Shown here: positions 27,701 through 40,400 of the stretch, in pieces | Numbering within the stretch: position 1 is the stretch's first letter | How the letters are laid out: each line of letters starts with the position of its first letter | Source: Ascidiella aspersa | Taxonomy: Eukaryota | DNA: 64,000 nucleotides | Direction: 5' to 3' | Assembly: GCA_963924565.1 (NCBI GenBank) | Contig: OZ004615.1 | Span: forward strand, 6,634,001-6,698,000 | Position numbers and translations under genes: made by a program | Notes under the pieces: model-generated | Databases searched by the model: none | The model's input: the letters and a program-made list of their open reading frames with translations, nothing else | What the model was told of the DNA's origin: nothing

Positions 27701-30481
27701 ACGAAACAAATTGACCGTTAAACCATCAGCTCAAAACGAAAAAAAGTAAAACTTGACCTGCTAAAGAGAACTGATGATTCCGTTTTTGGCGCAAAATGTT
27801 TTTCTTGTTTTACATAAATTGGGAGGTCTTTTTATTACCTCTGTGGTTCTTTTTGAATATTAACCTTAAATAACTTACACTGTTAAATGAACGACATCGC
27901 ATATATATTGATGGTTGTTTAGAAGTTGCTTATAGTATACTCAAATCAATAAAATGCATCCCAAATGGGCCTTGTATAATGTCAGGCCAACAGCAGTTGC
28001 CAACATAGTGGTATATGAATACAATCTACTTTACTACTTTCTATTCATGCCTAGACACAATTTCAATGGGATAACTTATGGCGTTTTCAATTCTAAGTCC
28101 ACTTTGTGGCTGCTCTTTTAAATGATGACTTTTTAAAACCTTGAAAACGAACAACGCCTTTTTACAAACCACTTGTTAGAGTTAGAGGTTTGAACTAAGC
28201 TGCCCTATTTTTATAACTCAAATCAGTACGCCTTTTAAACAATCAAAATGTTAAATTCGTTTTCAATTTGCGTGTGCCTTTTAATAATGTGGTTTGGTGG
28301 TAGTCAAAAGGAAGCATTCCAATGTCAACATCCCGTATTTTCGGACATCCAAAAGTAATCAGTCAAATCACTCATCATGCAAACATACCCACGACCATTT
28401 TCCGATCAAGAACTAAACAAACTGAATTATTAAACCTAAAAACTAAGTCCAAAAAGTAATTCGGCACGTATGATTATAGACTATAAGACATACAACTCGG
28501 GTTAGATATGAAATGGGCCTTACATGTTTGGCTTTGGTCGCCACACAAATTAGGACATGGTGCTCAATCAGTCATCAACAGCGGCATTGCTGTAATCGTT
28601 TTGCATGCGTTTCCAGGAAAAGGCTAACCTCAGCGGTTTGCTGGCACCCCGCAACTGGTGATACCGACCTTTGCCCGAGCCCATCTCACGCTTTGTGGAC
28701 ACAGGCGCTACTCTTTTCTCTGTCCGCGCAGTATTATCGCAACAATTCCAGTAAAATCTGACCGCTCGTAATAGCGCTTGACTCTTCAATTAAGGAGCAA
28801 ATATTTATGCATCATCCGACAATGAAATATTTTAGTTTGTTTGAGGTCGTATATTCGGGCTGCCACAAGACTATTGCGCGAAACTCGTTTCTGGGAAAAG
28901 TAGCCTATAACCAACACAACAAACAGGTTGATTCTTTATCATGTATCACCCATCGCCCTTTGTAAACAAGCAGATACTGTTGTTTTGTACAAGTCCGTTA
29001 CCAGAATTAGTTGACCCCTTGTACTTATGTCCAAGTCCCGTTAACAATATTCGTATTCCCACAAACCTTGAAAAAATCAAATAATTAAATCAACACAAAA
29101 GAAAAACGAAATGATAAAAAAAGGTTAAAACAAATCAAGTAATAAATGCTTATATTTTTGCGTCCCATTATCAATATTTATCCACATGTAAATTTAGCTT
29201 TACCCTACACCTATTTTTATTTAGTTTGTTTGAATTTTGAATCAAAAACTGTTTAGTTAGACAATAGGCCGTAATAAAATCTAGTCATCTATATGCTTTA
29301 GTGAAGGGGTCGGGTACCTATGGCTCGCGAGCCATACGTGGCTCTTTTGATGAAGAATCTTGCGTGCAGATAAATCCAAGCTATCATTTCGCGATTTGAA
29401 TGAAACTCCACGCGGTAAAGGCCACTTTCCTAACTTTATTTTTCCTTTTTAACACACATAGTAGGCTACTAAATTTTTTGGCAATTCGCGCGAATCCTAT
29501 TCGTATTTTGGGACTGTTATCCCGTTTGATGGAATATCTTTATATCCAAAAGGCTCATGCTCTTACGAAGGAGCTTACTAATAACAGCAAACTTAGCTAA
29601 TTATTTTTTTTGTGGTTAGTAATTGCCGTCTTTTAAATGAGAACAAAATAAAGGGCCCTGTTTAAATTGTTGTTTTTTCCAACCTCTAACTATATGTAGA
29701 AAAGTAATATATGGCGCTCATGGAAGTACAACCGATAATATTTGGCTTTTATGGCTCCATTCGCTAAAAAGGTTCCGAACCCTGGTTTAATGTATGTAAA
29801 AACGCTATCACAATTTACGAAGTTATCACAGGTGATTCGGTTTTGTCGCGCCTAATTTATTTTAACCACAGAGGCAAAATACATTCGCTCCTTTAAATTG
29901 GCGGAGCTGTTTACACACAAGCAATCTTTTCCGGGTCCCGAAGTTTGTACTGTCTGTGATTAATGCGAGTAGCCCAATTTTATCAAAGTCTCATCAAAGT
30001 CAAACCGCATACTTATTCAAACAAACTTGCGATCCTTTATTCTACTCGTGTTTTTAAACTTTGCGTTTCACTTGTTTACATATTCGTTGTAGCAGATCAG
30101 TTATTGACAGACATGCTACAAAGATTTGCTACAAAGATTTGTGTAATACTTTATCCACCTTAAACAGCCTGGTCCTGACTGTCGGTTGAAGCTCTTTTCA
30201 ACCGGCTCCTTGTGCTTGCTTTTCAGAGCCAGTTTGTTATCCTCTTCTTCTTCTGCATCCAAAGCGTGATCAGGGACTGCGGATACCCGAACTGGATGTG
30301 TTACCTCATGGTGGGTTACGCCACCACCCTCTTAGTACTCTTCCTTAACTTTTACATTCACGCGTACATCACCAAAAAGAGGAGCCAAAAGACGGAACCG
30401 AACGGAAAAGCGGCGGTGAAGAACGGAACTGCCTCGCACAACGGAAAAGCGACGAGCAATGGCGCCAGCAAGCAGGATTAG
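9747..30481 (+). CDS. ELOVL: Very-long-chain fatty acid elongase (ELOVL4/7-like), 294 aa; exons 9747-9807, 11576-11763, 12371-12451, 19077-19248, 26525-26652, 30227-30481
   Basis: All introns are GT-AG with consistent phases and the exons sum to 885 nt. Motifs: [32 protein letters not shown] (HxxHH), [32 protein letters not shown]-terminal KQD. The paralogue cannot be assigned without a phylogeny. Confidence 0.95.
11850..12305 (+). mobile_element. Older copy of the AAGTC-rich MITE family (ELOVL intron 2)
   Basis: caagtcccagtccaagtcatcagttgcccaagtcaagtcccag and attggtaaactcgtccgattatgagc match the family; boundaries approximate. Confidence 0.65.
15765..16073. mobile_element. MITE with internal AATTCTA(G/A)T repeats
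   Basis: Ends ...agacttggataactaga / tctagtggtccaagtctg; perfect 8-bp TSD GGCGAAGG at 15757-15764 and 16074-16081. Confidence 0.75.
17985..18070. repeat. 31-bp tandem repeat, about 2.7 copies, containing palindrome AACTATATAGTT
   Basis: gaactatatagttatagg recurs at 17991, 18022 and 18053. Confidence 0.9.
18355..18950 (+). mobile_element. Copy of the AAGTC-rich MITE family with an expanded internal minisatellite
   Basis: attggtgaactcgtccgattatgagc core shared with other copies; ends in the 33-bp array; boundaries approximate. Confidence 0.65.
18656..18942. repeat. 33-bp minisatellite, about 8.7 copies
   Basis: Unit gaaaa(a/c)agtgacttaagtcaagtaaagttattt starts at 18656, 18689, 18722 ... 18920; no spacers. 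Confidence 0.95.
19280..19705. mobile_element. hAT-type MITE 31 nt downstream of ELOVL exon 4
   Basis: cagcggttcaca... / ...tttgaaaaacgctg; perfect 8-bp TSD ACTTAGAG. Confidence 0.8.
19794..25073. repeat. 2640-bp direct tandem duplication inside ELOVL intron 4 (19794-22433 / 22434-25073)
   Basis: Lines repeat at an exact 2640 offset and the same ORFs recur in the track. I could see only three substitutions (21986/24626, 22257/24897, 22394/25034). Confidence 0.95.
26170..26215 (+). mobile_element. Possible tRNA-derived SINE head fragment
   Basis: ggtcgtgagttcgaacctcacc resembles a tRNA T-arm/Pol III B box; no complete cloverleaf. Confidence 0.3.
29304..29784. mobile_element. hAT-type MITE; related partial copies at ~20070-20514 and ~22710-23154
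   Basis: aggggtcgggtacct / aggttccgaaccctg ends; internal similarity (ggctcttttgatg, aagctatcattt, atatggc.ct.atggaa.tacaacc) to the copies in the 2640-bp duplication. Confidence 0.7.
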
Positions 30482-32998
30482 ATAATAATTCATTTTTCAT
30501 TTCATTTCTTTTTTCGACCTTCGAGAATGTTCGGCGCGCTTTTTCACAATCTACAATTTGAAATAGGAAAGCCAGTAAAGCTATGACTATTTCGCGGCGT
30601 GTATGATATTTACTATTAGGAATATAACTACTTTAAATCTAACTTATTTTTCGGGATTTAGTGAACACATCTCCAAATTCGAATTAGACCATTGCAACGA
30701 TATTTTAAGGATTATTAGCGAAAAAAACACAGTTTTTTTTTCAGGCTGCGTCTGACTGACACCAAGGCAGTTAATTAAAGCTATCTTTCTTTTCCACCAT
30801 TAGTGTTGCCCGACCTAATTGTTGCTTAATTTGTTTTCCTTTGCCTGATAAAAAAGCAATCGTGTGTCACAGTCGTTTTCGCTCGTAAGGTTGTAGGCTT
30901 TCTTTGTATTTGTATGACTATATGACAGCCTTCATTCGTAGACTAAACAACAGCCCGATGAAAATATGCAACTGTCATTACAAGGGACAAACAATGAGAC
31001 CCATTCGTGTTATCCACGTGGTCGAGGTCCATTTCTGTGTAGCGACATATTCCAAACCGATTGTTTGACTTTCTAGGAAATTTATTTAAGTTAATTCTTC
31101 GATCATGTCTTTCCAATTCTGTTGGTGAATCACAAGGGCAGCCATACTCCGCCCAATTCGCGCAGAATTGCAAACGAAACACCGCGATTTGTTGCTTAAA
31201 TAAAAAAAAACGAGATCTCAAAAGTAATGCTGAGACTTAATTTAAGAGCCGAATTTCTGTTGAACACTTTTTCAAGAAAGATTTAAAATTAACACAATAA
31301 TACCCCAAACACGCAATTTTTGTTACCCGTCGCGTCATTTGTATTACAAAAACACGCAATTTTTGTTACACGTCGGGTAATTTGTATTACAAAACTTAGA
31401 TTTTAATATCTTTTAATTTTTATATCTCTACCAAGATTTTTTTTTGCTTGCTTGTGCGCACGTTTATAGTAAATGCATCTTTCGCGCCACCAAAGTTAGC
31501 ACCTTCGATGTTTTCCTTTTTAATCCAACCCCTCGTTCTATGCAAGTTAGCAATTGCACGACAATTCCTTCGCAACTTTCGCTTCATCGATGACCTGTTT
31601 GACGATTGCTGCGGCAGGCATGCAGCAAACTACAACTAACGACGGTAGCCCTTATCTCTGGGATCCTTTGCCAGTTTAGACTGGTGCGGTTAATATGCGC
31701 TTTGCAAAGTATAATTGTTTAGTTCCTTTTACCAATAAACCACCCACCACCTTACCGTTCACGTTTCACTCGCCTGTTAAGTTTTTCTTGGCCTTTAGCA
31801 GTATGAGTTGTGTGAAAGGACCTACTGAAAAACTTGGTAAAACAAGCGTTAGCCTCGGTACATGCACGACTTTGCACGTTTTTTTTAAACCTATGCCCTA
31901 ATTCACGTGAAACAGTGTGCCAAAAAAGGCAATGTCTACGACTGCATGATAACCGCTCCGCTGGCCGGAGTGTATGTCGCCGATACGTTGCAACATTTTT
32001 GGTACTGCCACTTAGTATTACTGCTAACTGGTTTCTCCTGGTTAATTCTTGTGCTGTGACTTTGTCTTCCAAACCATGTCGTTTGAAGACGCGACGTTCG
32101 ATTTCAGCGTTTTTACGGTACGTAAAATTTCGATTTCTACGCGAGAAACGTTTCTTCAAATTTATAGCGTTTTCAGTTTTTTTTTAACTTTCCGCAATAT
32201 AGTTTATGCTGAAGTCGAATTTATTATACACTTGTGTAAATAAAATCGGGTTCTTAAATTCTCATGTCTTACATTGTGGGGACCTAAAAAAGTTTTTTGG
32301 ACGCATATAGTTATGCGTCTTGTACATTTACGAAAAACACAACTCATCGCCTGGCGAGTTGGTCTCGTACAGATTTTAATTGCCTTATCAATTGTTGCTC
32401 CCATAGTTATCCTTTCAATGCCATTCGCATTCTTGCTTTAATGATCAATATGCACGACATTTTGCGAATCCTCAAATTACGCTTTCGTTTGCGTGTGCCC
32501 ATAATAATTAAGCACCATTTTTGCTATATGTAAAAGGAATATAATCGTGTTATTTTCAATCTCGTGTTACTTTTTGTTGTCGTTCAATTAAAATATAAAA
32601 TTATGAATGGCAGCTGATGTTTTTTTGGCAGAAAGGCGTAAAAATGAAGTGTAAACAAATATTTTTTTAATGCAACTACTCAAGCTAAATTTAACGGTTT
32701 TGTAAGCAATCTAAAATTTTGTTGTTTTGTAAGAACAGAAAATGCTCTAAGTAGCGTCACATGCATATTTGAGCGATATGAAAGATTATTTGGCCAAAAC
32801 ACTGCCCACCACTTGATCTCCACTCAAAAGTCAAAACAAGTGTTATTGGAACTGCTTCCATATTACATTCTGAAACAATAGTAATTTTACCTGGAACGTA
32901 TTTTCTTCTTAATTGGCTTACAGAGCAACTTGGTATACGGTATATATACCTGCTACAAAATATTTTAGAAATGAATATATAGTTAGGTTTATTAAAAC

Positions 32999-33146
32999 CA
33001 AGGGTTTCCAAACCTGGAGACCAACCGTCATTTTAATTAAAATGACGTTTCTTTTTTTCTTTAAAAGGTCGGCAAAACTAGGGTGGCCATTGATTTATCA
33101 AAACTTTCAAAGGGGTGCACTGTGTAAAAACGGTTGGGAACCCCTG
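32999..33146. mobile_element. Short hAT-type MITE
   Basis: caagggtttccaaacc / ggttgggaacccctg; perfect TSD ATTAAAAC. Confidence 0.75.
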
Positions 33147-34424
33147 ATTAAAACAAATATGACATATTGAACAGTAACATAATTATGTGATGTGCAAGTT
33201 TTATGGTCTGCGTGAGATTCACACCATACGAAAATGTTTTAGCTGTTATGAAAAAGATCGTGTCATTTACCAAATTCCATTTTAACTACTTCTGCGAATG
33301 ATATTTAAAACAACCTGCCAAGTGACATGTTTCTTTGTTCAGTAAACCAAATTAAGCCGCTCTGGTGACAACAAAGCGGACTGCCTTCGGAGAAATTCGA
33401 TTTATTTTAAAAACGAGCCAAGCGACACGACGAGCCGCAAACTAAAACAACATGTGAACTGGAGCTTCGCCGAAAAGTTGAAGCAAAGTGCAATAGCATT
33501 GCGGGCAAAAGGGCATAAAGCATGTACCAACGGCCAACGGGGTAAACTTATAATGCCAATTTTAAGCAATAAGCGGGACAGCTGAACAGCAATTGATTGC
33601 TGGGAACTGTCTTCTTTCGCAAGCGACATTAACGAGTGAAGCTTGAAGAAACGCGATGTATTACCTTCGATATATAGACATTTAACTCGGCGTTAAACCT
33701 TTGAATCGTAGCGGAACTTTGTCAAGATGAAGCACTGAAGGCGAAATTCATAACGGAGATTGCGCCACGTCAATTCTGTGCGTTTTAACGCTGAACAAGG
33801 GACAAGGTAAGACTCCGAAATAAAATACGAGAAAAAACAAACCAAGATTTATTCTTTGTGTATGTCCAACGTTTTTAGAAATCCGTTTTTAGGCTTTACA
33901 AAACTGTTCTAAACACGTGTGAGTCATTTAGCATTACACGACTGGGAAAATATTCAATTCTGAAAATTTTAATTATGTAAATCAACAAACAAGACCAGTA
34001 GTGTTGAGGCCCACTCTTTCATTAGCCGAATAGAATTTGCAAACTTGCAACCAAAGCTTAAAAATATATATTGTCATCTGCCTTTTTGTCTGCTATTGTG
34101 TTTTGTGTTACATTTCCCTCGATAAAAGTCGTTTTCGCCCATACAGGCAAGGCAGAATGTTTGCACCAGGCCAAAACTTGTTTCCTTGTAATACCTGGGT
34201 CATGGAAAAAATAAAATTACACAATGGCTTAAAGAGGTTTTACCCGTATGCTGTCCAATGTCGGGTAGCTAAACAATGGAGCCCCCTAGCGGGCGGTGTA
34301 CGCAAGATGATAAGCCGCGCGGTGTCGCAACGTAACTCCTGAACCACATCTCTCATTTCGCGCGTCAAACAACAAAGGCACTGCATTGTACAGAAACGGC
34401 AAGCGGCGGCGTTCCTAATCCCGG

Positions 34425-37400
34425 CTAAATGACCATCTCGCCGTGGAGGACCTTTTTCTTGACGTAGCGGAGGACCACCAAACGGAGGACCTTGGTGTAG
34501 CGGCTCTCGCCCTCAAAGAAAGTCCCGCTGGCGCCTGCGACGAGACTAGGGTCGATTCCTGTCCTCCGCCTCTGTTAAAAACAGTCGCCAATGTGAGAGG
34601 GATGCATGTCCTAACGGAGTAGTTAAATTGGTAAACCGCATTTTTTCCGATGGCACATCACATCAACAGAGATATATATGGTTATTATTAAGGATCAATC
34701 GATTGAATTAGTGCGAAATAGCGATAATGACGAGTAACTACATTTAAAACCTATGAATCTTAAAAAGCTTGGCGGGATCGGATGCTTAAACAAGCGCCTT
34801 TGGGTGTTTTATTTGCAAAGCGTTTTAACAGGTTAATAAGGCGTTACTTCAGTGTTTATTACCCAAAATTGGATATCGCCGTTTGATTTAATAGGGTCGC
34901 TGACTGCAGTAGATTTTTTATAGTTAAATTTTTTGAGATTGGTTATGATCAAGATTTCTTTCAAATTAAAAAAAGAAAAGCTTCGCGGTTATACTTAAAC
35001 GATTTATTTTGGGGTCGCAGGTCGCAGCGAAAAAAACAGAAACACGACTTTAGATGAAATGAGCTTACTATTCAAAGATCGTACTAGATATGTTAACCAT
35101 AAATTGCATATTTATGGTGCCATTAAAAAACGCAATTTCCAATTTTGCTTTGACATTTTTGCAAGACAAAATCAATGAAGAAACGGATTACTTTGCTTAT
35201 GCGTATCGTTAAACATTTAACGGCGTTGCATTACCGGGCAAACGAAGGTGAAAAAAGTGATTTTCTCTGTGGCTAAAAAAACCTTAATTTTTTTGAGTAG
35301 CAAATCGATTGCCCGGCACAGATAATAGGGAACCTGATAGTTAGGTCACTGCCCAATATTGTGCCTCAAAATATAGCTATAGTCTATCCAACGTTTATGT
35401 GGCACTATTTTAGTAGCAACATAGAACTACACAGGCCCAAATTTGCGAACCAGGTGAATGTGAACTTTTTTAGAAGAAAATCTATTCCCTGCACAGATAA
35501 TGGGGAACTTTACGTCCAGTCACTGCCAAAATAAAAGGCCACTATTCGATTCGCGTTTAAGTGAGATTATTTCAGCAACATCAAAAAAAAACCCAAGGGT
35601 CAAGGTTTGCGAACCAGGTGGATGTGATTCTCGCCGTTGGCGGCCACCAGGTCTTGCGAAGTGGGATGGTTGATCCTGTAAACTCTTCCCGACATCCTGC
35701 GGAACCAGGACTCGATCTTGGAGAGGAGCTTGCGGATCGATTTCCACGTGGGTAGAAGATTCATCGGAGGAGGGCAGTTAATTTCGTTCCGGATGAACTT
35801 AAGCCAGAGCTGCGTCCTTAAAAGCGAAATTCTATGTTTATGTGCGCCCGCTAAAGTGTTGTGCCGTGTATTTTTGGTAAGTTTTAAGTTTGGTTGTAAT
35901 ACGAGTTTTCCATCTTCATTTGAATAGGTTGGATTTTTTACGCGAAAAATTTCCTTTATTAGTTCGAATGGGGTAAACTTTACTTTTACCTTTAATTTAG
36001 GAGACCTGACGCGTAAGGCACCCAAATATTGCCCCCTAAGGGCGCAATCCCTCGGTTAAGAACCACTGCTGTAACTTATGGACAAACATTGCTATCAAAA
36101 TTACATTGTCTGACTTTTTCACTTTTAATGTAGTTGTGTGGACGAAATAGCATTTAACTTGTTTAAACGAAAGTATCAGGAAATATAATACTTATTTACA
36201 TTGGAGCAAAGATTTGACAAGGGTATAAATCATTTTCCGTCTGTTTTTACACTTTTTTGTCGAATAGAAAATAACAATTGGCGACAACAAATGGGAGGAC
36301 ATCAAAATTGTGTCTATACTTCAAACAGTATTTCGATTGTTTTAACTGGATTACTTCAAAACAAAGGCGTATACTTAAACTCTATGGAAAGCGAAACGCC
36401 TCTTAAATCACTCGTTGTAGATTTCCATAAAGCGACACCGATTGGCCAAACTACCTGTGGAATTTCCATTCTCTCTCCGAGTCATCGTGTGTCTTCTGGA
36501 AGCTGTTGCTCATCATGGCGATAAGCATGTTCACCAGCAATATAATGGCGCCGAAATGGTAAAGGCCGATGATAATACCTCCGGCCTATACAGGTTTGAA
36601 GCCACGTGTCAAGCAAAGTTCTAAGTTTTTTTCTTATTAAACAAAGCAGATTTGCCAATTTGCGGTAAGGCGTTCATGGTTGTTAAATGTATTTTACTTG
36701 TTGTACTGTTAGATACATTTAAATTAAATAGCTTGGCATGTGGGGCGGTAACGTTTACTTACATTAGTTACTTACTTACTTGCTAACAGACTTACTTACA
36801 TTATTTTATAAAATTGTTAGTCATTTGAAACAAGATCAAAAATGCACAGCCTAAACACTCTTTGGGTATTCCAAACGTTAGTTAAACGAGCCACACAAGC
36901 AAACGAATGTTATGATTCTTTGTGTTTCGTTCATGCGGCGTGCAGCAGGCAAATCAATACGATTTGATGCGATATTTCAATGTAAAAGGACAGTTGATCC
37001 TGACAATTGATCAAGGGTAATTAGTAAATATTGTCCATCGAAAGCAAAGTTTCGACAAACGCAGTAACTGCTGGGCATGGTAATAAAAATAAGACCACGC
37101 GGAAATTAATTCGGAAGGAATCCATATTATATAGTCCATAAGGTAACCAAAACGCAACTCAATGCATCAGCAAATGTAGACCAAGTCGTTGTACCAAAGC
37201 CGCAACAAAAACAGCAATAAAATATTCATACGAGACATTAGGAAGAAACCCGGTGCTGTCATTTCGGACAGCCGATCCCCCGTCAAGGGATTCAATTTAA
37301 AAAGCTATGTCTAGCATCCTTTATGGTGGTTTACAATTTCGGAAGTACACCCAAAGCAAGAGCACGCTTCGGCTGGATATCAGCAATGTCGTATCTCAGT

Positions 37401-40400
37401 CATCAGCAGTTGGATATGTTCGATATCTAGCACGTATATGCAACTCAGCAGACAAAACAGAATGAGCTTTCGGACTGGATTCACAGTCCTTTGCTGTGCT
37501 CGAGTTTTAACGTCTGTTTCAGCCAGAGGTTCGATCAACGAAAAAGCAAAAAAATATTTATATTTGAGCCAGCAAAACTTAACAAAATAAAAGCAAAACG
37601 CAAGTATAATGCTGCAATTCGACGGCAAAACGATAGCAATAAAATAACCAGTCACATTTCTGTTTTCAGTGTCGCAGCCCTTGGGCAAAACAAAATCGCG
37701 TCAAGACACAAAATGGCGCCCGATTTACTGACCACTTCCTGCATGATGAAGGTTTCCCGGCAATTCTCGACCGGATACCAGGCCTGCGGCTCCCCATACC
37801 CAAATAGGGTCCAGAAGAAACCGTTCATTGTGGTCGAGAGTTTAGTCATCTCGCCAGACGACGACACATTAAAGTCTGCGCACATTTTTTGCTTAAGTTT
37901 AGGCCGCCGTTAATTCTGTTGGCCTTAGTTTTATTGCTCTTCATCTAACTGGTGAACTTATAGTAGGCCGTGGATTTGTCGATGATAAGATACATTATTG
38001 GCAAAATTCATCATCTCGACCATAATGACCGTTAAGACCGTACGAATTGTGTTGTGAAATTCCGTATATACAATTCCAGTCAAAGATTAGACAAAAAAGA
38101 GTGAGCGCATAATATAAAATACTGGTATGATATATTTAAAGTCTGTTTCTTGGGCCACCAACTTAATTGTGTGGTCTAGTGGAGAACGCCAACGTTACTT
38201 CCCAGATAAATTATGTCAGACTTATTTGGTTACTTACAACAAATAGTATTATCGTGTATAATTTAAATATAATAAAAATCCTTAAAACAAAACTGAAAGC
38301 ATCGCAGTGGTGCCTAAGACCACCTGACGAGTAATGCACAATATATAAAAAGATAAATACCTCTCTGCTGTAAATATAAAAAAAACACAATGCACCCGCC
38401 TGTGCAACAGCTAAAAGTCCGTATCACTTGTATACAACAACATGCAAGAGCAGGGCAAACTTAACAAAACGTAGTATCCCTACATTCATTCCCGCAGCCT
38501 TTGAATAAATCACAACAGCGATCCTGCCACCAAATATTAACCGAACCTTGTTTGTTAGTCACCTCACATATACACAAGAAAACACAAAGCGCAATAATGT
38601 ATACCGTTATGCCACCGACGTACAAAAATGAAACCGCAGCAACGGCAGGTTAAGACAACCCGAAATTAACAGAAGCCAACAAACGTGTTAGTCACCGCCC
38701 AACAACTGAAACAATTAAGTAGAGCACGGGTGTCAATAAAAAGGAGTAGTTTTTCTCAATTAAGCACGCTAATTGCATTAATAGATTTTAATAAATTTAC
38801 AAATTACCAGTCGATTTAAGTCAATTTACGTTCTTATCTTCTGCAAATATGCTTTTGCGACTCGAATCGTAGAAAGCTTAAACGTGGTCCCCCGAAATGT
38901 AATAGGTTAAAATATATTTTGAAAATAAATTTAAATTGAATCTAAACTCAATTAAACTTGGGCTTTCTTAATAACAATGCAGTTGTTAGCAGAAAAAAGT
39001 TTGTTACTTCATTTGAACTTTACACACCCAATGTCCGAAGCGCCTCTTTTGTTTCAATTAATACAAATTAAGTGCTCTAAGTAAGTAATTAAATTAGCAC
39101 CCCTGTTTCTGCGTTTTTATGTTAAAGCCACCAGAACGCCACAGGCAAAACCAAGTCAGTAGCGACACCGTCTGGCTAACAGCGACACCGAGTGACCAAC
39201 CGCCTCCTGCAAGACCAACTTTTCGGGACAGTTGTCGATCGGATACCAGGCGTCCGGATGGCCGTAGCCGAACAGGGTCCAAAAGAAACCACCCATGGCG
39301 GCCAGAATCGACGCCATTTCCTCCGAAATTGGGTTGGTGAAGTCTTAACGTGCGAAGGAAAGTCGTGTCAGACAAGCTTTTGTGAAAGTTCTCGAGCGGA
39401 TTGCGGTAATGCGATGATTATATAGATAACTTTGGTTTGCATTGCGGCCAGGTAAAACGCGTTAAAAGTTTATGTGCACCTTAAATACTTGATTTTGATG
39501 CAAGCATAGTGCCTTGTTTGTCCCAGAGGGCAAGCTAGCAGTTTCATGTAGTTACGCATAAAGACAGGAGCAGATAATTGTGAGGGCACCGTGTTTTAAA
39601 TGCCGAAAGAAATGTGCAAACTATACTATTTATTTGCCAATAATATAGGGAATCGGCTAAACCGAATTTTCAGAATAGAAATAACCTATAGATTTGTTAT
39701 ATGCTGGAGAAAAAGCAAACACCACACCAGACTGCCGCTGAAGTATGGAGCTAAGAAATTTGACATGAATAAACAAGGTTAGTTGATAAGGTATATGTCA
39801 ATGTCAGTCACACTGCAACAATTAGTATCATTCGGGCTTGGGTAATTCGACATCATATTGCTGCTGTAAAAATAAGAGAATAAATCAGATTAATATCAAT
39901 GTGCATTTTTATACAATTTCGCAACTAAGCACGTCGTTAGTAAGCCGCCGTGAACTCTTTTTAGTCTTTCGTGGCGCGGTAAATCAAGTGATACAGTGAG
40001 GTTTTTATGAAGGGTGAATTTTATGAAGGGCACACGCAGAAACGTTTGCCAGCGCTTTGTCATTAGTGGAAAGCTGTAGTGCTGTCAAACAAGGATAGTG
40101 TGCTGACCACTTCGTCAAGCATGTTCTTCTCCGGGCAGTTATCAATGGTGTACCACTGTTGTGGGCTGCCGTAGCCGAAGAGCGTCCAAAACATGCCGGA
40201 CAGCGCCCCTTCGAAGCTCGTCATGGCCTGCGACTTGGGCGTGTTGGCTGGAAGTGCATTATCACCGGTCAGGTTAACTCTAGGTGCCGCTATACACGCG
40301 CGCACGCACAGGCACAGGCACACACACGCACGCACGCACGCACGTACGGGTACGCACAGCCACGCACACGCACGCAAACGCACAAATACGCAAACGCACA

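Noticed and set aside
31448-32533. Cluster of 60-135 aa ORFs, possibly a decayed transposon or gene between ELOVL and TRPC
   Set aside because: No recognisable domain or splice-consistent structure by eye; a tBLASTx search would be needed.
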